A stretch of 64,000 bases of DNA, taken from contig OZ024740.1 of assembly GCA_964016885.1 (NCBI GenBank), positions 17,732,001 through 17,796,000 on the forward strand, given 5' to 3'. A program made the translations under genes and the position numbers. Within the stretch, counting starts at the first letter, position 1. Every line of letters starts with the position of its first letter. The stretch comes from Eledone cirrhosa (taxonomy: Eukaryota). Shown here piece after piece: positions 14,329 to 29,403 of the stretch. The notes below the pieces were generated by a model, which was not told the DNA's origin, searched no databases, and was given only the letters and a program-made list of their open reading frames with translations.

Positions 14329-17300
14329 ATCATCATCATCATCAGGTTTAGCGTCCGTGTTCCACGCTTGCATGGGTTTGGACGGGGGTTTTCCCACTTG
14401 AGGCAAGAGTGGTTGTCTTGCTCGCGTAGGACTGTCTGGCGGGTTTTCTACAGTTGGATGCCCTTCCTAACACCAACCACATTTACAGTGTGGGGCTGGG
14501 AGGTTTTTACCGTGTTGCCTACACGGCCACATTACAGCGTGGACTGTCTGGCGGGTTTTCTACAGCTGGATGCCCTTCCTAACACCAACCACATTTACAG
14601 TGTGGGGCTGGGAGGTTTTTACCGTGTTGCCTACACGGCCACATTTACAGCGTGGACTGTGTGTTTTTTGTCGTGACACCTACACGATCTCATTTGTTTC
14701 GGCCTGGATGTTGTGGGACCAACATAACTTTACATTGAAAGGGGCGGTGTGGGTGAGGTGGAGGGTGGTGGGACGGGGGTGTGTTTTGATAGAGATGCCT
14801 ACTGACTGTAGTAGGTTTTTACTTTGTATTTAGGTAAGGCGGGTCTTCTCTATTACTGAGTACCGCCAAAGGTCTCGGTCCAGTGACATTGTCTTGGAGA
14901 GGTGTAAGCGTGTGAGGTCGGAATTTATCAGCTCGTCCCAGGTTTTTCTGGGTCTGCCTACTCCGTGGCTACCGTCTATCTTTATTGCCCTGCACTTTGT
15001 TATACAGCTGTCGTCTTTCATGCGCATCACGTGACCGTACCAACGTAGCCTTCTCTCGAGTAAACAACATCTGATCCCTCTTATTTCTAATTTTTTCCTT
15101 AGTTCGTTTATGCTTTGCCGTTCACGTATATTACTATTGCACATCCAGCGGAGCATGCAAGCTTCGTTCCTCTCTAGTCTGCGTATATCCTCTGCACACA
15201 ATGCCCAGGTCTCACTGCCATGCAGCATTGCTGTTCGTATGCAGGCATCGTATAACCTGCCTTTCATTTTTAGGGAGAACCCTCTAGCGGCTAATAGTGG
15301 TATAAGCTCTCTGAACTTTTTCCATCCAGTTCTGACTCTAGCTACTGTACTTTCAGAGCACCCTCCCCCACTGCTGATTTTGTCACCCAGATAACGGAAG
15401 CTGTCCACTATTTCTATAGAACCCTCTGCGCAGTTGAAGGAGCTAGTATTTTGTGGGCACTTGCTGCTACTTATTGCACCAGAGCACCGGCCACATGTAA
15501 AATCTATGTTCTTAGTTAGCTTACCTGTGATCCCACTACATCTTTTATGCACCCATACTTTGCATTTGGGACATAAAATGGAGTTTCTACCTACGCCTTT
15601 CCTACACACTGAGCATGGCCATTTCCCCGATGGGACCGCCGCCTTATTTTCTTTCCTACAAACTAGAACTTTAGTCTTAGCCAGGTTAATTTTAAGGCCT
15701 TTTGATTCTAGGCCGTGCTTCCACGTTTGGAATTTCTTCTCTAGTTCGGTCATTGATTCAGCTATGAGCGTTAGATCATCTGCGTATAGGAGTTCCCATG
15801 GGCAGCCGGTCTTGAACTCCTCTGTTATAGCCTGAAGGGCAATAATAAATAGTAGGGGGCTAAGAACAGAGCCCTGATGGACACCAACTTTTACGCTAAA
15901 CTCTTCACTATATTCGTTGTTAATTCTAACCTTACTGACTGTTTCTTTATACATGGCTTGTATAGCTCTCACAAGCCATTCGTCAACACCTAGTTTTCTA
16001 AGAGACCACCAGATAATGGAACGGGGGACTCTGTCGAAGGCTTTCTCCAAGTCGACGAAAGCTAAGTATAGGGGTTTACTTTTAGCTAGGTACTTCTCCT
16101 GTAGTTGTCGTACAATGAAAAGAGCGTCTGTGGTACTTTTGCCTGACACAAACCCGAACTGCATTTCATCTAGATCAATTCTCTCTCTGATTAGTTGCGC
16201 TATTACTTTTTCCGTGACCTTCATGACCTGGTCGATTAATTTAATGCCTCTATAGTTACTCCTATCTAGGGCATCTCCTTTTCCCTTATAGCAGTTAACG
16301 ATGATGCTGCTACGCCATTCCTTCGGAACAACCCCATTCTGTACGACTTGGTTAACTATCCGGGTGACCATGGTGTGTCCCACCGAACCAGATGCCTTCA
16401 GCATCTCAGCAACTATTTCCGAAGGCCCAGCCGCCTTACCCGTCTTCATATCTTTGATTGCCTTACTTATTATACTACCTTCAACTAACACTGCTGGTCC
16501 CTCTATTGGATCGATCTGGGGGAGACTGTCTTTCTCCCATTTGTTCTCCTCATTTAGAAGCCTTTCGTAGTGACACTTCCAAGCTACCTTCTTATCAGCG
16601 TCGGTGATGGCAAGTACACCATCATCGTTAAGTACACACTTCTCCCCGACAATATCACGGTTTTCCTTGACACATTGCCTGGCAATCCTGAACACCTCAC
16701 GTTTTTGGTCCTCACGTTGTAGAACATGCTTGAACTTTCTTTCCTCTGCTTCCCTTCTTGCGAAGTACACTTGTCTCCTAGCTTCCCTCCTGGCCACTTG
16801 ATAGTCTTCTCTACTTCCCCCATCCCGCCATACTTTCCAAGCCTGCTTTTTGGCTTTAATTGACTCCTCCACCTTACTGTTCCACCACCATGTTACTCTC
16901 CTCCTACCTACAGGCCTGCTCCAGCCACAGACTTCGTCTGCCGCCGTCAGCAGGTTTGCTCTCAGGAATTCCCACTGTTCCTCTATATTATACGACTCTA
17001 ATTGCTCTTCCTTACTGTCGAAAGCGTCAAGTAATATGCTTTGGAATTTATTTCTGGCTATGGGGTCCTTTAGCTTCCATATTTTTCTCCTGAGGATAGT
17101 CCTCTTCCGCTGTCTAGTACGTCTCGTCCTGACTATGAGGTCGCTAATTATCAGTCTATGTTGGGAGGTGAATTCTTCATGGGGGTGGGATTTAGTGTTA
17201 ACAACAGACACTCTGTCACGTCTTCTGGTAAGGATATAATCTACCTGGCTTGTGTGTTCCCCCGATCTATAGGTGATCAAGTGATTGTCTCGTTTTTTGA

Positions 17301-17534
17301 AGTTAGTGTTACAGATAGTTAAGTTATTTGCGTCGCAGAATTCCAGGATTCTGGAGCCTTCCTCATTTCTAGTACCGAACCCATAGCCTCCATGGATTCC
17401 GTCATAGCCGTCACAATGTTGTCCAACGTGACCATTTAGGTCCCCTGCAATAACTATATAGTCACTGTCGGTTATTTGGGAGGTAGCGAGCATCAGTGTC
17501 TCGTAGAATTTGTCTTTTATAGCGCGGGGCAGTC

Positions 17535-17538
<4 letters not shown>
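14329..17538 (-). mobile_element. RTE LINE family A, longest copy (copy 3), 5'-truncated inside the endonuclease
   Basis: Uninterrupted ORF, 3' UTR with 112-bp tandem duplication, (GAT)n tail; TA arrays at both ends. Confidence 0.97.
14830..17538 (-). CDS. RTE polyprotein (partial, 902 aa): AP endonuclease, reverse transcriptase, PHD-like zinc finger, RTE C-terminal domain
   Basis: [18 protein letters not shown] (APE); [23 protein letters not shown] (RT); CSVC..CPKC..HKRC..CGRC; RRLRWYGHV. The N-terminal YI-repeat of the listed ORF is microsatellite. Confidence 0.92.
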
Positions 17539-17601
<63 letters not shown>

Positions 17602-17684
17602 ATATATATACAAATATACACATACATACACAGACCTATACGTAAATATACACATATATACAGACGTATAACGCATATATACAC

Positions 17685-17716
<32 letters not shown>

Positions 17717-17858
17717 GCATACACACATATATACACACATATATACATATATATATATATATATATACACGCATACACACATACACAAATATATATACAC
17801 ACTCTCTCACGCACATATATATATATATATATATACATATATATACATATATATATAC

Positions 17859-17893
<35 letters not shown>

Positions 17894-17902
17894 CATACAC
17901 AC

Positions 17903-17951
<49 letters not shown>

Positions 17952-18204
17952 CACATACACATACATACATACATACACATACACATACATACACATATAT
18001 ACACATATATATATATATATATATATACATATATATATACACATATATATACATATATACATATATATACATACATAAATCACATATACACACATAAAAC
18101 ACATATACACACAAACATATATATATACACATACACATACAAACAAATATATACACATACAAATAAATAAGTACTCAATAAATATACGCATATACGCAGG
18201 CACA

Positions 18205-18786
18205 TAAAAACACCTCTACAGGCAGAAAATGTAGATACGAAAGAGGTACTCACATAACCATAGTGGTCGTATTTCAGGTTGAGGAGGGGTGGGGGTAGGG
18301 TGGGGAGGAGGTATAGGGGCCAATAGGGGGAGGTTGTTTTTAGCCATCGGGCTTTAACACTGGCTTAAAGTGTTTGAAAGTTGCAAAGTTCTTGTGCATG
18401 CAGTTCGGGCAGTGTTCAGAGAGTTTGTTCAGTAGCGGGCCCTTGGCGAATAATATTTCGTAGCTGTCTGAAATACAAAGGTCGCAGCCCTTGTGTCCTC
18501 CGTTGTAAGAGCGCGCTTTCTGGAGTATTTTCCATTTAAGCGTGAAGGGGGTGGAGTTCCTTTTGAGGTCCCAAACGTAGGAGGCGAGTGTTGTCTGATT
18601 TGATTTATCCGGTCTTCTGAAGGAGTGGGTATGGGCATACCAACGGGTCTTAAAGTTGTTGGAGGTCATGCCGATGTAAGTTTTTTTGCAATCCTCGGTG
18701 CCTGAGATGACATCGCATTTGTATACGATATCATTTGTGAGGCATTTGTTTTCAAGTGGGCATGCTTCCTTATTTAGGCAATTACA
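18205..18786 (-). mobile_element. Penelope-like element 3' fragment: GIY-YIG endonuclease (18340-18786) plus 3' UTR, Neptune-type pattern
   Basis: CNC...CPL...C...IVY...YIGMT...FKTR...H..SF...W.I...CDLC...LLNK. Confidence 0.9.
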
Positions 18787-18795
18787 TATATATAC

Positions 18796-18826
<31 letters not shown>

Positions 18827-18837
18827 CATATATATAC

Positions 18838-18869
<32 letters not shown>

Positions 18870-18979
18870 ACATATATATACATATATATATATATACATA
18901 TATATACATATATATATATATACATATATATACATATATATATATATATACATATATACACATATATATATATATACAT

Positions 18980-21523
18980 ATGGGAATTTCTGAAAGCAAA
19001 CCTGCTGTTGGCGACAGACGAAGTCTGTGGCTGGAGCAGGCCTGTAGGCAGGAGGAGAGTAACATGGTGGTGGAACAGTAAGGTGGAGGGGTCAATTAAG
19101 GCCAAAAAGCAGGCTTGGAAAGTATGGCGGGATGGGGGAAGTAGAGAGGACTATCAAGTGGCCAGGAGGGAAGCTAGGAGACAAGTGTACTTAGCAAGAA
19201 GGGAAGCTGAGGAAAGAAAGTTCAAGCATGTTCTACAACGCGATGACCAAAAACGTGAGGTGTTCAGGATTGCTAGGCAATGCGTCAAGGAAAACCGTGA
19301 TATTGTCGGGGAGAAGTGTGTACTAAACGACGATGGCACACTTGCCATCACCGACGCTGATAAGAAGGTAGCTTGGAAGTGTCACTATGAAAGGCTACTA
19401 AATGAGGAGAATAATTGGGAGAAAGGCAGTCTCCCCCATATCGACCCAATAGAGGGACCAGCAGTGTTAGTCGAGGGGAGTATAATAAGTAAGGCAATCA
19501 AGGATATGAAGACGGGTAAGGCGGCTGGGCCTTCGGAAATAGTTGCTGAGATGCTGAAGGCATCTGGCACGGTGGGACACACCATGGTCACCCGCATAGT
19601 TAAACAAGTCGTACAGAATGGGGTTGTTCCGAAGGACTGGCATAGCAGCATCATCGTTAACTGTTATAAGGGTAAAGGAGACGCCCTAGATAGGAGTAAC
19701 TATAGAGGCATTAAATTAATCGACCAGGTCATGAAGGTCACGGAAAAAGTAATAGCGCAACTAATCAGAGAGAGAATTGACCTAGATGAAATGCAGTTCG
19801 GGTTTGTGTCAGGCAAAAGTACCACAGACGCTCTTTTCATAGTACGACAACTACAGGAGAAGTACCTAGCTAAAGGTAAACCCCTCTACTTAGCTTTTGT
19901 CGACTTGGAGAAAGCCTTCGACAGAGTCCCCCGCTCCATTATCTGGTGGGCTCTTAGAAAACTAGGCGTTGACGAATGGCTTGTGAGGGCTATACAAGCC
20001 ATGTATAAATAAACAGTCACCAAGGTTAGAATTAACAACGAATATAGTGAAGAGTTTAGCGTAAAAGTTGGCGTCCATCAGGGCTCTGTTCTCAGCCCAC
20101 TACTATTTATTATTGCCCTTCAGGCTATAACAGAGGAGTTCAAGACAGGCTGCCCATGGGAACTCCTATACGCAGACGACCTGACACTCATAGCGGAATC
20201 AATGGCCGAGCTAGAGAAGAAATTCCAAACATGGAAGCACGGCCTAGAGTCAAAAGGACTTAAAATTAACCTGGCTAAGACCAAAGTACTAGTTTGTAGG
20301 AAAGAAAACAAGGCGGCGGTCCCTTCTGGGAAATGGTCGTGCTCGGTGTGTAGGAAAGGCGTAGGTAGAAACTCCATTTTATGTCCTAAATGCAAAGTAT
20401 GGGTGCATAAAAGATGTAGTGGGATCACAGGTAAGCTAACTAAGAACATAGATTTTACATGTGGCCGGTGCTCTGGTGCAATAAGTAGCAGCAAGTGCCC
20501 ACAAGCTACTAGCTCTTTAAATTGCGCAGAGGGTTCTATAGAAATAGTGGACAGCTTCCGTTACCTGGGCGATAAAATCAGCAGTGGGGGAGGGTGCTCT
20601 GAAAGTACTGTAGCTAGAGTCAGAACTGGTTGGAAAAAGTTCAGAGAGCTTATACCACTATTAGCTGCTAAAGGGTTCTCACTAAAAATGAAAGGCAGGT
20701 TGTACGATGCCTGCATACGAACAGCAATGCTGCATGGCAGTGAGACCTGGGCATTGTGTGCAGAGGATATACGCAGACTAGAGAGGAACGAAGCTTGCAT
20801 GCTCCGCTGGATGTGTAACAGTAATATACGTGAACGGCAAAGCATGAACGAACTAAGGAAAAAATTAGAGATAAGAGGGATCAGATGTTGTTTACTCGAG
20901 AGAAGGCTACGTTGGTATGGACACGTGATGCGCATGAAAGTCGATAGCTGTATAACAAAGTGCAGGGCAATAAAGATAGACGGTAGTCACGGAATAGGCA
21001 GACCTAGAAAAACCTGGGACGAGCTGATAAACTCCGACATCACACACTTACACCTCTCCAAGACAATGTCACTGGACCGAGACCTTTGGCGGTACTCAGT
21101 AACAGAGAAGACCCGCCTTACCTAAATATATAGTAAAACCTACTCCAGCCAGTAGGCATCCCTAACAAAATACACCCCGTCCCACCACCCCCACCCCTAC
21201 CCCATCCACACCACCCCGTTCTATGTAAAGTTATGTTGGTGCCGCGCCATCGAGGCCGAAACAAATGAGATCGTGTAGGTGTCACGACAAAAAAACACAC
21301 AGTCCACGCTGTAATGTGGCCGTGTAGGCAACACGGTAAAAACCTCCCAGACCCACACTGTAAATGTGGTTGGTGTTAGGAAGGGCATCCAACTGTAGAA
21401 AACCTGCCAGACAGTCCTATGTGAGCAAGACAATCACTCTTGCCTCAAGTGGGACTACCCCCGTCCAAACCCATGCAAGCGTGGAACACGGACGTTAAAC
21501 GTTGATGATGATGATGATGATGA
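18980..21523 (+). mobile_element. RTE family A copy 4, 5'-truncated, one premature stop (GAA>TAA at 20010)
   Basis: ORFs 18756-20012 and 20202-21125 are colinear with copy 3; full 3' UTR and (GAT)n tail. Confidence 0.97.
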
Positions 21524-21916
21524 TACACATATATATATATACATATATACACATATATATATATATACATATATACACATATATATATATATACATATAT
21601 ACACATATATATATATATATATACATATATACACATATATATATATACATATATACACATATATATATATACATATATACACATATATATATATACATAT
21701 ATACACATATATATATATACATATATACACATATATATATATACATATATACACATATATGTATATACATATATACACATATATATATATATATATACAT
21801 ATATACACATATATATATATATACATATATACACATATGTATATACATATATACACATATATGTATATACATATATACACATATATGTATATACATATAT
21901 ACACATATATATATAT

Positions 21917-21982
<66 letters not shown>

Positions 21983-22156
21983 CATATATACATATACATA
22001 TATACATATATATACATATATATATATATACATATATACATATATATATATATACATATATACATATATATATACATATATACATATATACATACATATA
22101 TACATATATACATACATATATACATATACATATACATATATACATATACAAACATA

Positions 22157-22224
<68 letters not shown>

Positions 22225-22228
22225 CATA

Positions 22229-22294
<66 letters not shown>

Positions 22295-22304
22295 CATATA
22301 TATA

Positions 22305-22416
22305 TGGAATAGAATGAAACGAAATTTCATTTCTCATTCTTAGTACGGCACTTACTTAAATGTAAGTATGTATGTATACGTACATACATATATGTATACA
22401 GACGTACAGTAGCATG

Positions 22417-22448
<32 letters not shown>

Positions 22449-22832
22449 TATACATACAGGGACACATATATATATGTACGTATCAGTTTAGCGAATATTT
22501 ATTATAACATTCGCTTTGTTCATTTGTAAACAAACGGACAGCCTGATTTATGCCGTACGGTGTTAAGGCAACCATGTCACCTTTTTGTTCAACACTGACA
22601 CAGGAACGATGTACTAGTTTCAAGCTTGTTAGCTATCGTCAGCACCGTATACCCTTCTGCCAGATGGTTGAACGTTCGAAAGTATATACTTTCCTTATGA
22701 AAATTAACGGCTGAGCAGCCTAATTTGCATATCGAGTGAGTTCAGTCGGCCAGGCGCACCGACAACGATAAGTTGGAATAGAATGAAACGAAATTTCATT
22801 TCTCACTCTTAGTACGGCACTTACTTAAATGT
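22305..22832 (-). mobile_element. Hammerhead-bearing unit bounded by 59-bp direct repeats (22305-22363, 22774-22832), probable Penelope-like tandem pLTR
   Basis: Direct repeat with one mismatch; minimal hammerhead inside. Confidence 0.6.
22606..22648 (-). ncRNA. Minimal type I hammerhead ribozyme with palindromic helix III
   Basis: Minus strand ACGGTG-CTGACGA-tagct aaca agctt-GAA-ACTAGT-A-CATCGT. Confidence 0.8.
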
Positions 22833-23390
22833 CTCATGGTGGGGTCGTTGGCGACTAAACTGGCAACCCCACCAAGGTTTCTTGGTGAGGAGGGTGACTT
22901 TGGACATCCTGCAGGACTAAAAACAAAACCTGTCAAAAGGCAAAGGAGCTCTTGAGAGTCAATGGCCATCCAAAATCACCGGGAGAGATGACCCCTTAGC
23001 CTTTGTCAAGGCAGAATTCTAGGAGAAGGAAAACTCTGATATAAAACCTGCAACCCTGATGGTATCCAATGATGTTGACTTGTTCTTCTTTTTGGTAAAT
23101 ATCATCTTGGTTAAGAGAGTGGGACTGGCTTTGTGCAGTGCCTTTGCTCACTATAAAAGCTTCACGGCACAGGCATTGCTTTATATCTGGAGATCTCTCT
23201 GCACTTGTCGTCACATGGTACCATGGGCCCAGCACTGTGTGTCAATCATTGTCACAAGTGTAGTGTTTGTACCAGAGTTTTCAAGTCGCTGGCTGGACTA
23301 AAAAGTCACACTCGTTCAGCGCATCGGTAGGGGTTCTCCTATATGGATATAAAGTAGAGGCCGTACTCGAAAACGAGTTGGCAGCCACCA
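22833..23390 (+). mobile_element. Non-autonomous RTE-like mini-element (5' UTR-like head joined to a C2H2-encoding 3' end)
   Basis: CTAGGAGAAGGAAAACTCTG head motif recalled from RTE 5' regions; [23 protein letters not shown] near the 3' end; second copy at 25647. Confidence 0.6.
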
Positions 23391-24301
23391 TATATATCTA
23401 TACATGATACTGTACGTCTGTATACATATATGTATGTACGTATACATACATACATACGTTTATATATATATGCATATACATATATATATATATGCATATA
23501 CATATATATATACATATACGTATACATATATATATATATACACATATACGTATACATATATATATATATACACATATACTGATACATATATATTCATATA
23601 CGTATACATATATATACATATACGTATACATATATATACATATACGTATACATATATATACATATACGTATACATATACATATATATACATATATACATA
23701 TACATATACATATACGTATACATATACATATATATATACATATATATACATATATATATATACATATATATATATATACATATATATACATATATATATA
23801 TACATATACATATATACACATATATATATATACATATACATATATACATATACATATATACATATATATACATATACATATATACATATACATATATACA
23901 TATATACATATACATATATGTATACATATACATATATATACATATACATATATATACATATACATATATATACATATACATATATATACATATACATATA
24001 TATACATATATATATATATACATATATACATATATATATATATACATATACATATATACATATACATATACATATATACATATACATATATATATATACA
24101 TATATATATATACATATATATATATACATATATACATATATATATATACATATATATATATACATATATACATATACATATACATATATATATATACATA
24201 TATATATATACATATATATATATACATATATATATATATACATATACATATATACATATATATATATATACATATATATATAGACATATATATATATATA
24301 C

Positions 24302-24350
<49 letters not shown>

Positions 24351-24469
24351 CATATATATATATACATATATATACATATACATATATATATATATATACA
24401 TATATATATACATATATATATATATACATATATATATACCTATATATATATATACATATATATATATAC

Positions 24470-24514
<45 letters not shown>

Positions 24515-24515
24515 C

Positions 24516-24552
<37 letters not shown>

Positions 24553-24908
24553 CATATACATACATATACGTATACATACATATACGTATACATATATATA
24601 CATATACATATATATACATATACATATATATATACATATACATATACATATACATATATATATATATACATATATACATATATATATATATACATACATA
24701 TATACATACACATATATATATATATACATATACATATATATATATATACATATACATATATATATATACATATACATACATATACGTATATATATATATA
24801 CCTATATATATATATACATACATATACGTATACATATATATATATATATATATATACATACATATACGTATACATATATATATATATATATATATACATA
24901 CATATACG

Positions 24909-24939
<31 letters not shown>

Positions 24940-24956
24940 ATACATATACGTATACA

Positions 24957-24988
<32 letters not shown>

Positions 24989-25333
24989 CATATATATATA
25001 TACATATATATATATACATATATATACATACATATACATATATATATATACATATATATATATAAATACATATATATATATACATATATATACATATACA
25101 TATATATATACATATATATATATATACATATACATATATATATACATATACGTATACATATATATATATATACATATATACACATATATATACACATATA
25201 TACACATATATACACATACGTATACATATATATATATACATATATACACATATACGTATACATATATATATATACACATATACACATATATATATATACG
25301 TACATATATACACATATATATACATATATACAC

Positions 25334-25364
<31 letters not shown>

Positions 25365-25646
25365 CATATATACACATATATATATATACATATATACACA
25401 TATATATATATACATATATACACATATATACACATATATATATATACATACATATATACACATATATATATACATATATACACATATATATACATATATA
25501 CACATATATATACATATATACACATATATACATATATACACATATATACATATATACACATATATATACACATATATATACACATACATATATATATACA
25601 TTCATATATACATACATACATATATATATACATACATATATATATA

Positions 25647-25955
25647 TGGTGGCTGCCAACTCGTTTTCGAGTACGGCCACTACTTTATATCTATGTAGGA
25701 GAACCCCTACCGATGCGCTGAACGAGTGTGAATTTTTAGTCCAGCCAGCGACTTGAAAACTCTGGTACAAACACTACACTTGTGACAATTATTGACACAT
25801 AGTGCTGGGCCCATGGTACCATGTGATGACAAGTGCAGAGAGTTCTCCAGATACAAAGCAATGCCTGTGCCGTGAAGCTTTTATAGTGAGCAAAGGCACT
25901 GCACAAAGCCAGTCCCACTCTCTTAACCAAGATGATATTTACCAAAAAGAAGAAC
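25647..25955 (-). mobile_element. 5'-truncated second copy of the RTE-like mini-element
   Basis: Reverse complement of ~23082-23390 with scattered substitutions. Confidence 0.9.
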
Positions 25956-25980
25956 ATACATATATACATATATATATATA

Positions 25981-26076
<96 letters not shown>

Positions 26077-26349
26077 TACATATATACATATATATATATA
26101 TACATACATATATACATATATATATATACATACATATATACATATATATATATATACATACATATATATATATACATACATATATACATATATATATATA
26201 CATACATATATACATATATATATATATACATACATATATACACATACATATATACATATATATATATACATACATATATACATATATATACATACATATA
26301 TACATATATATATATATACATTCATATAAACATATATATATATACATAC

Positions 26350-26382
<33 letters not shown>

Positions 26383-26662
26383 CATACATATATACATATA
26401 TATATATACATTCATATATACATACATATATACACATACATATATACATACATATATATAAATACATACATATATACATATATATATATACATACATATA
26501 TACAAATACATACATATATACATATATATATATATACATACATATATACATATATATATACATATATACATATACATACATATATACATATATATATACA
26601 TATATACATATACATACATATATACATATACATACATATATACATATACATACATATATATA

Positions 26663-26694
<32 letters not shown>

Positions 26695-26858
26695 CATACA
26701 TATATACAAATACATACATATATACATATACATACATATATACATATACATACATATATACATATACATACATATATACATATACATATACATACATATA
26801 TACATATACATACATATATACATATACATACATATATATATACATATATATATATACA

Positions 26859-27455
26859 TAACTTTGAATAACTTTGAAATGTTTTGGCCAGTATTGGCCC
26901 AGGCCATGTCTAACTTAATAGCACCACCTGGCGAAGTCTTTCAATTCAGGATTTGGGCACCATGGCCCATTCGAGAAGAGAATTACTGTTTGCGGAGACA
27001 TATCCGGGTGTGGGTGGTTTGTCCGGGATTACTTGGAGGAATTTGTCCAAAGACTTCTTGAATTTTGTGTGGTCAGTTTCTGTTTTGACGTGTCCTGGTG
27101 TGATGTTGAAGAGAGCAGGGCCGATTGAGGTGAAATAATTGTGCCGTATTGTTGTTATGAGTTGCGATTTAGATTTTTGAATGGGACGGATAGCACGGGG
27201 CCCAAGCCTTGGGTGTATCTTGAAGGCGATGCCAACATCATTTGGGCAGTGATGATGGAACATTTTCCACATCATGCAGATAATATAACGCTCACGGCGA
27301 CGTTGGAGTGAGTAAAGTTTCAGGTTTTCCAATCGACCCCAGTAGTCAAGGTCTGACATGCCATCTATCTTTTTCGTGATTGCCCTTTGAGGAGCTTCAA
27401 GTTTCATGATACTTTGTTTCGTGTGGGGAGACCACAGTGGACAACAGTATTCAAG
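26859..27455 (-). mobile_element. CR1-clade LINE 3' fragment (coding 26946-27455)
   Basis: [11 protein letters not shown]...[30 protein letters not shown]; short 3' UTR with repeated ATTTCAAAGTT tail. Confidence 0.9.
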
Positions 27456-28243
27456 ATACATACATATATACATACATATATACATATATATATACATACA
27501 TATATACATATATATATACATACATATATATATATATACATATATATATATACATACATATATATATACATATATATATATATACATACATATATATATA
27601 CATATATATACATACATATATATATACATATATACATACATATATATATACATATATATACATATATATATATACATATATATATATACATACATATATA
27701 TATACATATATATATACATATATATATATACATACATATATATATACATATATATATACATATATATATATACATACATATATATATACATATATATATA
27801 CATATATATATATACATACATATATATATACATATATATATATACATATATATATATACATATATACATATATATATACATATATATACATATACATATA
27901 TATACATATATATATATATACATATATATATATACATATATATATACATATATATACATATATATATACATATATATACATATATATATATATACATATA
28001 TATATATACATATATATAAACATATATATACATATATATATACATATATATATACATATATATACATATATACATATATATATATACATATATATATATA
28101 TGTACATATATATATATATATATATACATATATATACATATATATATATATATACATATATATACATATATATATACATATATATATATATATACATATA
28201 TATACATATATATATATATATACATATATATACATATATATAC

Positions 28244-28288
<45 letters not shown>

Positions 28289-28326
28289 CATATATATATA
28301 TTATATATATACATATATATATATAC

Positions 28327-28391
<65 letters not shown>

Positions 28392-28614
28392 CATATATAC
28401 ATATATATATATACATATATATATATACATATATATAAACATATATATACATACATATATATATACATATATATATATATACATATATATATACATATAT
28501 ATACATATATACATATATATATATATATACATATATACATATATATACATATATATATATATATACATATATATATACATATACATATATATATATATAC
28601 ATATATATATATAC

Positions 28615-28713
<99 letters not shown>

Positions 28714-28718
28714 CATAC

Positions 28719-28751
<33 letters not shown>

Positions 28752-28756
28752 CATAC

Positions 28757-28787
<31 letters not shown>

Positions 28788-28828
28788 CATATATATATAC
28801 ATATATATATATACATATATATATATAC

Positions 28829-29015
<187 letters not shown>

Positions 29016-29059
29016 CATATATACATATATATATATATACATATATATATATACATATA

Positions 29060-29403
29060 CATCATCATCATCATCATTTCATTTTACGTACGCTTTTCCA
29101 TGCTTGCAAGGGTGGGACGGGAACTGATTCTGGCTTGATTTCTACAGCTGGATGCCCTTCCTAACACCAACCTCATTTACAGTGAGTGCTGGGTGCTTTT
29201 TTGACGTGGCACCTCCACGTCCACTTGCAGTGGAATGATAGAGACCCCAGTCCTTAGCATCTCATTTCTACAGCTGAGTAAACTGGAGCAATGTGAAATA
29301 AAGTGTCTTGCTCAAGGAAACAACACATCACTCGGTCTGAGAATTGAACTCACAACCTTTTGATTGCTAGGCCAATGCTCTAGCCACTAAGCCATGTGCC
29401 TCC
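29060..29403 (-). mobile_element. Full-length tRNA-head SINE with RTE-family-A-like tail
   Basis: Reverse complement of 36447-36789; A/B boxes, core, (GAT)n tail. Confidence 0.92.

Noticed and set aside
15110-17239. Plus-strand ORFs overlapping the RTE (and equivalents in other copies)
   Set aside because: Antisense shadows of the RT ORF
22833-23050. HDV-like ribozyme in the RTE-like 5' leader
   Set aside because: Known for some RTEs, but I could not fold a nested double pseudoknot by hand; needs a descriptor search
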